This document shows positions 10,187-21,266 of a stretch of DNA of 64,000 nt, in pieces. The notes beneath the pieces were generated by a model. That model was not told where the DNA came from and did not search any database. It saw only the letters and a list, made by a program, of their open reading frames with translations. This DNA comes from Utricularia gibba (lineage: Eukaryota; Plantae; Magnoliophyta). The first letter of the stretch is position 1, and every line of letters starts with the position of its first letter. The stretch is from the NCBI GenBank assembly GCA_002189035.1, contig NEEC01000011.1, positions 3,162,001-3,226,000 of the forward strand, written 5' to 3'. A program made the translations under genes and the position numbers.

Positions 10187-12941
10187 ATGGCCGTCAAGAT
10201 TGCTCTCACGCTTTTCGAGGAGTACTTGAAGCAGTTCGTAGTGGGGAAGGTGGCGGACATCATCAGCTCGTTTTTCTCCTCCGAGAAGGAGAATATCGAG
10301 AAGCTTCAGAAGCGAGTTTTGAGTTTGAAAGCGGATCTCGCCGACGGGGTCAACAGGAAATCCAAAGGGGAAGCCCTCAAGAAATGGGAGAAAGCCGTCC
10401 GCGATATCATCGATGAAGCCGAGGACGCCATCGACGCGGCCATGACTGCGCAAGTGCTCCGCAAACGTGGAACTCCTGCGGATCTCAAGGGAATTCTGGA
10501 AAAGATAGACCAAGACTTCGGCAACGTCAGGGCTGAGTTCCGCATGTTGGAGCTGCAGGCGCCCAACCAGGCCGCCGGAAGACCTGCCGCTTATCGATTT
10601 AGAATGGTGATGATTTGAATTTGATCTGATACTCCACAGAGTTATTTGCACGGAGATCTGGCATGTGTTTTCTTACTTGGTATGTTTTTTGTTTGGTTAG
10701 AAAGAACCGCTGAAGGACAAGAGGGTCGTTGGTTTCGAGGATGACATACAGAAATTGATTGAAATGCTGCGAGAAGAGGAGAAGCGGACGGAAGCCATCT
10801 CTATAGTCGGGATGCCAGGGCTGGGGAAGACGACTCTGGCATCTAAAATCTACCACCATGCCGCTATGAAGCATCACTTCACGAAGCTGTATTGGGTTAG
10901 TGTCTCCAAGGAGTACAATATGAAGGAGATTTACACACAGATTCTCAAGCAACACAGGCAGACCCGGGGGACTGATTACTCCACATGGTCGGAATCTGAT
11001 CTGCTGGATAAAGTTCGGGAACGCTTGGAAATTGTGAAGTTTCTACTGGTCGCAGATGATGTCTGGCCTGGCGATGCATGGGAAAAAATCAGCGCCATCC
11101 TACCGATACGTAATGACGCATCGTGGAAAGTGCTGATAACAAGCCGTGATTCCAACTTGGCTGTGAGAGCAAACGCTAACCGACGTCCCTACGAGCTTCG
11201 GTTTCTGAATCAGGAGGACGCGTGGACTCTGCTGCAACTGGAAGTGTTCGACGAAAAGGGCAGGTGCCCACCGGAACTAAAAGAAATCGGACGAAAGATA
11301 GCGAAAAAATGCAATGGACTACCGCTTGCCGTGGTCGTGACAGGAGGGATTCTGAGAGACAAAGAACGAAGAGAAAGCGAATGGGAGAAGGTAGCAGACG
11401 GGGTGGTGATCGCAGATTCTGAAGACATAAAGGGTCTTGAAAACATCATATCACTGAGCTATGATGAAATGAATGATGAGTTGAGAGATTGTTTCCTGTA
11501 TCTCTCCGTGTTTCCAGAGGACTTTGCTATCCCCGCCAGGAAGCTGACACGCTTATGGATCGCTGAAGGCCTAATATCTGAACAGTCTGAAAACAACATG
11601 AGCTTGGAGGAGATTTCTGAATCGAATCTGAACCAGCTTATAAAATCAAATCTGGTCATGGTTGAGAAAAAGGGCGTTGAAGGTTTCCCCTCAGTTTGCA
11701 AGGTTCATGACGTGATTCGTGATTTCTGCAAGAGCAAGGCTAAGGAGCGCAATTTTGTAATGGAGCTCAGGAACCTCCCCGGGGAAGGTTTCCGTCCCAA
11801 GATTGCCGACGTTGGTATGCACCGCCGGCTGTGCATCCATTCCTCTGTTCTGGAATTCTTCAAGAAAAGACCCAAGTGTCCTCGTCTGCGTTCCTTCCTT
11901 TGCTTCACAAACACTAGCGTCGAAGTTCAATTGGAATTGGCTCCACGTATCAGGGAAGCGTTTGAGCTACTCAGGGTCTTTGAGGGAGAATCGATCAAGT
12001 TTCCCAGACCATTCCCTAAACTTACAGAGCTTATCCACCTGAGGTATATCACCTTCGCTGCAGGAGATCACTACCAGAAATTCCCTGGTAAGATTTCCAA
12101 TTTCTCCAACTTGCAGACGCTGGTCATCGAATCTTCCACTAGATTCACTGTCGACGCAGATTTACTGACACTGCCTCGATTGAGGCATTTGATCATAAAG
12201 GCTTACATTGCTATTGAAAAGTGGAGAGATGATCTTGAACCCAATGAGACTCTCCAAACTCTCAGTAGAATATCTGCTGAGAGTTGCAAGGTGGGTGTGT
12301 TGAAGAAGACTCCCCATCTCAAAACCCTGGGCATTCGAGGAGACATGAAGTGTCTATTGGGTGAGGACTCTTTGTATGAGTTAGCATACCTCAAGAAGCT
12401 GAAGGTGATTCATGTTCCGGGATCTGAGAGCTCGCTGGTAGGTTTCCTTGACAACACGAGATTTCCCGAAAGCTTGGAACACCTCACTTTACAGGAGACA
12501 AACCTGGATTGGAGTTGCATGAATCAACTGAGCATGCTCCCGTGCCTCAAAGTTCTGAAATTGAAAGACCATGCATTCAGCGGAGGTACAGAAGAATGGA
12601 ATGTTGCCGGCTATGGATTCCCACGTCTGGAGCACCTTCACATCCAACGCTGTAAACTCAAGACTTGGACCACTGAGAAGGGTTCATTCCCCAGACTCCG
12701 ATCTCTTGTTCTGAAGATCTGTGAGAGTTTCGGTGAGATCCCCAAGTGCTTGGCGGAAACACTCGAAAAACTGGAGTTGAATCATGTGACAACAGAAACA
12801 GTAAAATCCGCCATTGCGATCAGGGACACAGTGAAGCTCAATCAGGATGGATCCTCCATCGGAAAACGTGAGTTTGTGCTCAACATTGCCCCCGACGATC
12901 TACAAGGTTCAACAGCTAGCCCCCAGAAGCGACCCAGGTAA
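10187..12941 (+). CDS. CC-NB-ARC-LRR immune receptor resembling the NRC helper clade; exons 10187-10606 and 10701-12941 (possible extra micro-exon 13012-13021)
   Basis: EDVID-like AEDAID and a phase-0 GT-AG intron between CC and NB that keeps the frame (KEPLKDKRVVGFEDD). Motifs GMPGLGKTTLA, ADDVW, CNGLPLAVVV, CKVHDVIRDFC, RRLCIHSSV...RLRSFLCF and LLRVFEGESIKF resemble NRC-family proteins as I recall them. Confidence 0.9.
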
Positions 12942-13731
12942 CAGACAAGCATATGCTACATGCATCGTCTGGGGTGCCATCTTTCCCACTAATATCCTTC
13001 GTCTTCGCTAGGTTGCAGTAAGAAAAGCAAACCCAGGAGCAGCAGCAACACGCACAGTGAGCGATTTTGTACGGGCAACCGGAGACCATATTCCTTCAAG
13101 TTGCTCTCCTCCTCCCCAGTTGCGCTAACCATTTTCAGTTAATTTTAATTATTTTAAACATTAAAAATATCCTTTTTATTCACATTTTGGAATATTTATT
13201 TAATGATATCTGACTTTTCCATACCCTTTTTTATCAACTCCCATAAGTGACAATAACATATATGATTAAAAAAATACTATGTTTAGTATAAATTCTCAAA
13301 CAAATTAAAATTTTAGAATCTTCAATTTTTAAAATAATAATGTTTTTTAATTTTTAATTTAAAATCATAAATTTATGAAGTCGTCCTCGTCCATGGCCGA
13401 ACCTGACACCAAGCGTGCGTGTTTCTCGCGTTGGGTCCCACACCAAGATTTTAAAAATTGAATTTGGGAATTTTGGTGTTTTTTAGGAAATTAATAAAGC
13501 AGTCAAAAAAATATGCTCTGTTTCCAAGCTATAAGACGATTGCTTCTCCCTCCCTGCTGGAGTGACGATTGTCGCTCCTCCCGTTACGGCCGCTTGTGTC
13601 TTCTTCCTTCCTCTGCTTCTCTGCACCTGGTCGTCACCCACGTGGTGATTGAAAAGGGGTCTGCTTTTTCTGGTTCTTGTTCTGGGGGTTTCGGTTTGGT
13701 TTTGATTCTCCTGGGGAGGTGTGTTCTTCGT

Positions 13732-14691
13732 ATGGGTGAGCGGTTGCTCTGGCCTGTCAAGTTCACGGAGCACAAGAAGGTCGCATTTTTGAAGAGGAAG
13801 AAGGGAGATGGGGGTAGCGAGTTTGCTCCGAAAACTGTCAAATTCTATGTCACTGATCCCGATGCCACCGATTCCTCCGGCGACGACGAAGCTGGACTTC
13901 TGCCGCGGAGGAGGGTTAAGAAGTTTCTCAGCGAGATTAAATTCCATGCGGGTTCCGCGGATGCTGCTCTCTCTCCCAAATTGAAGAAGATGAAGGGGAA
14001 AGGGGAAACAACGGAGCCCCTGGATCGGGAGATTCCCCGGAAATTTAGAGGCGTACGGCAACGGCCATGGGGGAAGTGGGCGGCGGAGATACGTGATCCT
14101 TTCCGGAGGGTTAGATTGTGGTTGGGTACGTATGATACGGCGGAGGAAGCGGCGATGATGTACGACGTCGCAGCGATTAAGCTTCGTGGCCCTGACGCTC
14201 TGACCAACTTCGCACCCCCGCCGGTGAAGGACACGGCCGCGGAGAGCAACGATACGTCGGTGTCTAGCTACGGTTCCGGTGGGGAGTTGAAGGCGCTCTC
14301 TTCCCCTACCTCCGTTTTCCGGTACGCCAGCGACCAAGACAGTGAACACGCCCCCATGATCAAAACAAGTAAGCGTCCGGAATCACTCTGTCCTGCGGCG
14401 ACAACCCCCGCTGATCAGTACCGCTTCACCACGCCGGCCCCCGCTGATTATTCCAGCGAGTTCTCCGCGGCGGAGGAGAACACCCACTACTTCAACCTAG
14501 CGGTGGAAGAAGACCCATTTTTCAACGAGCTGTGCCGTTACCCAGATGATGCATTCCCAGATACCACCGCCGCCATTGAAGATGTGAAATACTACTACTC
14601 GGTACAGGAACTGAGCAGTTGGCATCAAATCGACCATTACTTCCAGGAACCCCTCCACCTGTCGGATTCATCAAGGCGTTTGTTTTTTTAA
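13732..14691 (+). CDS. CRF: Cytokinin response factor (CRF-domain AP2/ERF transcription factor), intronless
   Basis: CRF domain [18 protein letters not shown]...[12 protein letters not shown]2 domain [19 protein letters not shown]...[12 protein letters not shown] and the SPTSV motif. Confidence 0.93.
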   Translation: MGERLLWPVKFTEHKKVAFLKRKKGDGGSEFAPKTVKFYVTDPDATDSSGDDEAGLLPRRRVKKFLSEIKFHAGSADAALSPKLKKMKGKGETTEPLDREIPRKFRGVRQRPWGKWAAEIRDPFRRVRLWLGTYDTAEEAAMMYDVAAIKLRGPDALTNFAPPPVKDTAAESNDTSVSSYGSGGELKALSSPTSVFRYASDQDSEHAPMIKTSKRPESLCPAATTPADQYRFTTPAPADYSSEFSAAEENTHYFNLAVEEDPFFNELCRYPDDAFPDTTAAIEDVKYYYSVQELSSWHQIDHYFQEPLHLSDSSRRLFF

Positions 14692-15652
14692 TAGTTTCCA
14701 GAATTCAGACGACGGTCCACTCTCCACAGACCCCGCAGATCTCCCCCCCGAGCCGACATCATTGAACTACCGCAGACAAGTCAGAATCCACGCCTGAGAG
14801 GAAGGAACAAACAAAGCGGGTACTCGAGCGTGAGTGAATTTACAAGAAAGCCCATGTAGACATATTAAAATTAAAATTTATTCCGAAATCAGAGGCAATA
14901 ATTGAAGATGTCCTCCGCTTGTCCACCCGGAAGGAAATAATTCCGTCAATTATTCCTCCTTGGGCGCATTAACCACAATTAGGGTTTTTTAGCAGGTAAT
15001 TATGATTACTGGGGGAGGTGGAGAATTTAGGAAATGCACAATAAATTTGGGTGCCCGCCTCCCATGCATAATACACAAAACCATATTCGACGTAAATGTG
15101 GTTTTAAAACCATATCCTCAAGGCAAGGAAGGCAGTGTGGTTGAGTAGGGCAACCGGGGCGGATACGATAGCATCGTGATGATGCTACCGTGACTCTCTC
15201 TCTCCATGTATCGTCTGTGTGTCTGCGTCATGGCTAGTCCTAGTGGAGAACAGAGACTCGACACTCCATTGGATCCGATAGCATCGGCTTGACTTTCAGG
15301 TATTACAAAGAGACGAAAGGGGGTTAATATTCCAGAGAAGATTATTTTACTATTTTGGGAGGGGGGGTGCCTGTGGGCGCACACTCACAGTGATTGATAT
15401 TCCTGAGAGTCGAGGGGTAGCGGCATCGGCTTTTCGTTGCAGGGGAACTAAACTTTTTGCAGTACTTTTTTAGGGGGAGCGTAAGATTTGGGTGTGCTTC
15501 AGCTTCACTCCATTGGACGGGAAAGGGATGGCGCCGCGGCACATGCATTTATTTGGTAAGCGCTGTTGTTTCCGGAAGTGGGGAGATGGATGAGTTCAGG
15601 TACTATTCCCTCCGCATGGGCATCTTGCTCCATGTATGCATGTATGTGGGCA

Positions 15653-16180
15653 GGACCACACGTGTGAGCAAGCCAGCCAGCCAGCCAGGGAGTGTCTTTT
15701 CTTTCTTTCCGCTCGCTCGCTTTTCGGACCACACCAAGTGATGCCAATGATGATGGCCCTCCGTACGCAATGCAGGGAAGAAAGAAAGACATTATAATGG
15801 CAATCGTGGCGTTGAAGCATCATCACATCATTTCCCGCCCCCGCCCGGGCGGGGCCGGGCATGCGTGGGGTGTGGCACGTGGCGGAGGAGGCATGATTCT
15901 CACGTGGTGTTTTTTCAGCCTTGAGAAGACAAGGAAAGCAGGATTGGATTGCAGCCCGCCCCGCAGGTGGAATATCATTATTAATTGATGGTAATGAATG
16001 TAGAAGTTGGGGTTGGGTATTTTTGATGGGCTGGGCTTCCCCTTGGACCCTTCCAGGCCGTGAGACAGATGCATTCCTCGACAACACCCGGTCCCTTCCC
16101 AAAGGGCGACGATGGCTAGAGACGTGGTTGCGAGGAGATCGACGGATGGGGATCGCGCCTTTTTCAAACCACGTGGGCCG
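15653..16180. promoter_or_regulatory. Cluster of G-box and TCP-type motifs in an otherwise unexplained interval
   Basis: CACGTG at 15659, 15876, 15901 and 16170; GGACCAC at 15653 and 15726; GTGGGCC at 16173. Confidence 0.35.
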
Positions 16181-16532
16181 ACGGCTGACGAGGAGTTATC
16201 ATGGATGGGGGATAAGCGAAGCCGCATATGGTGCTGCAGCAAACACACAACTTCGGGATCAGCCGCGGGTATGGAAGGAAGAAATGGTTCAGGGCTCAGG
16301 AAAGCAGATTTCCCAGGGAATTCCAATGAGGCGCTGCTGTGTAAAGGTGTCTCAGATCAGGATGATTGTCTTCGGCTTCTGTGTGCCATGCGGCAGCTCA
16401 CTCTTCTGGTTCATGTTAGTGGTTAAGCAAGCTCAGGTTTATGGTGGTTTTGTCATCTAATTGTTGACCCTCTGGAGCGTCTGAAACGACAGATATCAAC
16501 AACAGGTTCACCAGGCACCAAGCTTGCAGCAA

Positions 16533-16559
16533 GGAGGAGGAGGAGGAGGAGGAGGAGGA
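16533..16559 (+). repeat. (GGA)9 microsatellite just 3' of SGT1
   Basis: Read directly from the sequence. Confidence 0.95.
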
Positions 16560-16603
16560 TGTTTACCAGAGACACACACATTAGCATCGGTTTAACCCAT
16601 CCA

Positions 16604-18725
16604 TCAAATCTCCCACTTCTTCAGCTCCATGCCGTCCGGCGGAGTCCCTTCCACTTTCTTGGCCCCAACCTCTTTCCAGTTCGTGGACAGCACGGTTCCG
16701 TTCGACTCCACCTTCCCAGGCAGGAATACTATGAGAAAAAGTAGAAAACAGCCGAAGCATCTAGCAGGTGTTTTCAAGGATGGTGGCTCTTACGAAAGAT
16801 TTGTTCATGGCCCTTCTTGTGTCCTCGTCAGCATCCCTGAAGATTTGTTGGAAAAATTTGTTCAAAGCTGCATCGCCGTCCAGTTTCTCTTCGCGTTCCT
16901 GAAATTAGCAGGATCCATGGCATCCATGCATCTACGCATTTATTATGTATCATAAATGGGACATGCATTGTGAGACACATTGAAATGCACACCTCTTTCT
17001 TCACTTGCGCTTCCAGTTTATCCCAATCTGCTCCTTTTGATTTGGAGGACGGATATGACAGCTTTTGAGTTGCTAAACATTAGGAGTAAACCATCAGCAT
17101 GAATGCAGACAACAATATTGCATGTTAAGTTCTGGGACAACTTTACCTGTTGGTGCGTTAATTCGTCGAACCACGCCATCTGTGTTGCTGTGTTCAAGCG
17201 AGGTCCAGTGTAAATTGTCCGCTTTCTGAAGCCTAATCTCTATTTTTGTGGACATTACATCATATCTGCTTTTCTCAGGAACTATCTGTAGGTACGAGGA
17301 TTCAAAATTAGTGCGCGAGGGACTGGCAAGACAAGCAATTTGATGTAACTTCCTACATCAGTGTGAAGAATACAACCAAGGAAGAATCTGTAAGAACGAG
17401 ATAATCGCACAAAGTCAGAAATACTAGGATCACCTTCCCAAATAGCCGAATCTGTAAATGATATGGATCTTCACCAGGCACATCTATTGTGACACTCAGC
17501 TGGAGATCAAGGAAACGAGATATGCAAATGCTAGGTTGGAATTCTTACACGGGAGTTGAACCAAAGTTGGAGTAACCACTTACTATTTGCCCTCCAAAAT
17601 CAACATGCACTCTACTGGCTGGTATTCCTTTTGCGAATACCGTAACGACAACTTCTTCCAATTTCTGGTAAAATTCATGCCTGTCATTTCATAAAGAAAA
17701 AAAAGGAAATCAATAAATGACGAGAAAATTCACAGCCTACAAAAACCTCAATATTAACCTGTATTTAATTTTGGGTGCCACTGCAGGCGCTCCTTGACTG
17801 GTTAAACCAACATCCGTACGCAAATTACTAGGAGTCGCCGCTTGAGGGGGCGCCAATTCTACACTTTGTTTGGGAAGTTCCAACTTTTCCTCTAAGAGAA
17901 TTGGAAAAGAATATGAGAAGATGTAAAAATAAAACAGTGTTTCAACTGGATGCACACTGAGATTGTACAAGGATCATCAACTGGACAGACAATACACAAG
18001 TATGATTTGATTATATGGGTGATAGCCACATTACCAGCGATCAGCTCGTCGCATTCCTCAATCAGCTTGCTAAATCTGGAATCGCCAGGCGCTAAAGAAG
18101 CACCTCTCTCTAGGGCTGCTTTAGCAGTATGATACTCTTCAAGCTTAATACATGCCAAGCTGAATGGGAAGGGGAGAACAGGGTGTTAAACATTACCACC
18201 GAACACACAAGAAAACCACAAGAGAACACTTCGTATCCATCTTACAATATCAACAAACTCACCCCTTGCGCAAATAGGCTTTAGCATTGGCCGGATCGAG
18301 CTCGATTGCCTTATTTGCGTCAGCCACAGCCTCTGTGAATCAAAGCAACCTTATCAACTAACACGAGAGAAAATTAAGAAAAAAAAAACGGCGGCTCGAC
18401 AAAAGCGAAAATCGGAATAGCACCCAATCTACTACCGTCCAAAAGAAACGCAAATGCAACTCGAAAAACCAAAAGAACGAAAAAGAATCAAGAATCAAGA
18501 TCATCATCGATACTCATCCAGTCGCTGCAGTAAAAAAGCAATATCGAAAGCGTTTCCCCTACCCGTGAAGTTCTTTAGCTTGATATTCGCCTGCGCACGA
18601 TCCGCGTAGAGCTCGGAATTGCCAGGCACCAGAGAAATAGCCTGCGTGTAGAGGTCAACCGCGAGCTCGAAGTGGTCGTCAATAAAAGCTTCCTTCGCCT
18701 TGCTCTCGAGATCCGCGGACGCCAT
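16604..18725 (-). CDS. SGT1: SGT1 co-chaperone (TPR-CS-SGS), 10 exons, intact
   Basis: [28 protein letters not shown] (TPR), KYRHEFYQK...[10 protein letters not shown] (CS), [59 protein letters not shown]...MELKKWEI* (SGS). All exons join in frame at GT-AG. Confidence 0.97.
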
Positions 18726-19745
18726 GGATGATTCGCGTAACTGGATTCGGAACAGAACTCTCTAGAATTCCTCACACCAAAATGGACTCCAAACCTAAAC
18801 TAATTGGGCCAACATACTTTCCTAATCATTCTCAAAAACATACATTTTCATGACCCCCTCCGTACCTTTCTATTAAAAGAACACTTCGATAAATAGATAT
18901 ATAAATATAGCTATCTTTTTAAACCGAAAATTGAGACTTAGGTTACAATAATGATAATTTTTTTACCGTAAAAATAATAAATAACATAGTATAAGATTTA
19001 AATCACATACATCTAATTTGACAAAATATCTAATTATTACTAATTTAAATCATCAAGTACATATTGTAATTTTCATCTATAACTATGAATAGTTCATAAA
19101 TGATTGTTTATTTCTATAATACTAATGATGAATAATTTACTTGTTTGAATACATTTGATATTTTTCCGATTTCAAATAATATGAAATGTAATATAAGAAA
19201 TGTTCATTTTGAACAACATTATTTCAAAAAATTCTACCTCTTTTCATTCTATTATGTTGTTTGATAATATAAAATTTAAGATTTATATCTTAACTTACAT
19301 ATAAATCATTATTTGATTAACTATCGTTTGTATGTAATTATATAACTCACATATTTAGTTTTTGAATATGTGAATGATATACACAAACAAAAAGAGAGTT
19401 AATTATTTTTATACCACTTACATACTCATATTTTAATTTTCGGATCATGTTATTTTAAAGCTCGATTCCAAAATCTAATTTGCATTTAGAATTCGATTTA
19501 AATGGTTCGAACTCGAATTTGATATGTCAATATATCAAGGATTTGATGAATGGGGCGTCAAAACAGCCGAATTGGAGTTGAGTGTGCAATGCATAGTTGA
19601 CTTGATTTCATTAAATTACAGTGGAGGGGGTTTAAATGAATCTTTTGGGGAGTGATGAATAGTGTAGTAGTACAATGAGGCGAATCGATATCATGGAGTC
19701 CGCCATTGATTCATGATGCTCCTCTGTCATAAATTTATGTGTAGC

Positions 19746-20799
19746 CTAAGCCCTTCTCTTCGCCGCCGCCGTGCGGAGGGGGAGGGGGAGGGGAGGGGAG
19801 GACGGCACGGCGCTGGAGAGCAGGTCATCGCCTGGGTGGGGATGATGGAGCTGTTGAAGCAGCAACTCGTCCCCATTTGCAACCCTAATCATGCCATTTA
19901 ACACCGTCTGCTCCGGAGGTGCAGCACCGCCGTTCTGGGCCTCCGCGGTGAGGTTGGAGGCGGAGCCCGGCGAGTGGGGGGCCTTGGCGGAGGGAGTGCT
20001 CCGCTGCGCGGGACGGGGGTGAGAGTGTTCTCCGGTGTATGATACCAGGAATAAGGATGGATCGTTGGGGCTGCGCTCGACGTGCTTCTTTGCAACGCAG
20101 TATTTCGACGTGCTACACCGATAGTAGCTTCTGATACACATGCATAAGAGAGAGTCAAATATGGAGGTCACTGGGTAGTTTGGATTCCATCCCTTCGGAC
20201 AAGAGCCGCTGGTCGGGTTACATAACCGAGAAGACAGAAGGAAGTAGCAGCAACCTGGGATAGGAGGAACCTTTGATGGGTTTTTGTCCGTACTTTCTCC
20301 ATGCCCAGGAGTCAGCAGCCAGCTCCTCTTGTGTCAACTCACGAACCATTTTCATCGTCTGGGTTTTGCTGAAGAAAAGAATGAAGATTTTTCCAGTCTC
20401 AACCAAAACAGGGATTTGTTCACCATAAATGATTTTACCGTCTCCGAGGTCGAGACGACGGAGGAGGGTTTCCTGTCGGAAAGCTGTTCGGATTACAAGA
20501 GCCAAGCAACTGATTCTCAACCACCACCTGCGCATGCGAAACACGCGGCACCGGAGGGGCGGCGGAGGGTCGACGTAGAAGTCCCCATAGATCTCCTGCA
20601 ATCCTTGAAAAGAGGGGTTTTCCTTGCTTTCCAGATGGGAGAAGGAGAAGTCCGGGCGGGAGGCTTGTTCCACAGGAGCCATGGACAAACTAGGAAAAGG
20701 GTCATCATCATAATCATCATCCTCCACGGCGGCGGTGGCGGTGGCGGTGGCGGTGTATCCTCTGACGACGGCGTGGAGATCCCAGTCGTCCTCATCCAT
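19746..20799 (-). CDS. WRKY: Group IIe WRKY transcription factor (WRKY22/27/29-like), 3 exons; apparent -1 frameshift at 20556-20559
   Basis: N-terminal DDWDLHAVVRG, WAWRKYGQKPIKGSSYPR|SYYRCSTSKYCVAKKHVERS...YTGEHSH (C2H2). Introns at 20369-20438 and 20131-20254. Confidence 0.93.
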
Positions 20800-21266
20800 G
20801 GGGAAGCGCGGATTCCTCCGATGGAGTACTGGGGTGTTTTTTATCTGCTGGGGAGGAGATGGGGACATCACATTCTAGCCCCCAGTAAGGTCGGCGCTGA
20901 CTTTTCCAAATCGTTTCGCTAAATACTAAACAATTCCCCAAAAATTTCACAAAATTTAAAATAATTTAATCAGATTTAATTCAACTTCACGTGGCTTCCA
21001 AAACGCTTGTGCATCAATTTGGGAATTGGGGGCGAGGGCATATTCGAATTGGATATGCAAAGAAGGAGGTGATATTTTCAGCGGGGGGAATGTTACAAGA
21101 TTCATGCGGATTAAAAGGGAAGAACGAAAAGGGCCGCCGGAATGTGATTTAGGACATGGTTCCCAGCCGTCCCCTGAAGATGGAAAGTGAAGGGGGCAGT
21201 ACACACTCCACATAGAAGGATGCGGCGAGAAGGGGAATATTTTACCTCTACTTTTTTCTTCTGGTT

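Noticed and set aside
15100-16500. Possible MIRNA or TAS locus (also checked 43400-43720)
   Set aside because: No match to the conserved plant miRNA families I can recall, and no long hairpin; only short inverted repeats.
18755-18767. GAAnnCTCnnGAA HSE-like site upstream of SGT1
   Set aside because: One mismatch, a single copy and only ~30 bp from the ATG; too weak to list as a feature.
18854-19632. CCCCCTCCGT resembling a Stowaway MITE TIR, with GTGGAGGGGG ~770 bp downstream
   Set aside because: The partner is imperfect, there is no clear TA target-site duplication, and the match is too short to support an element.
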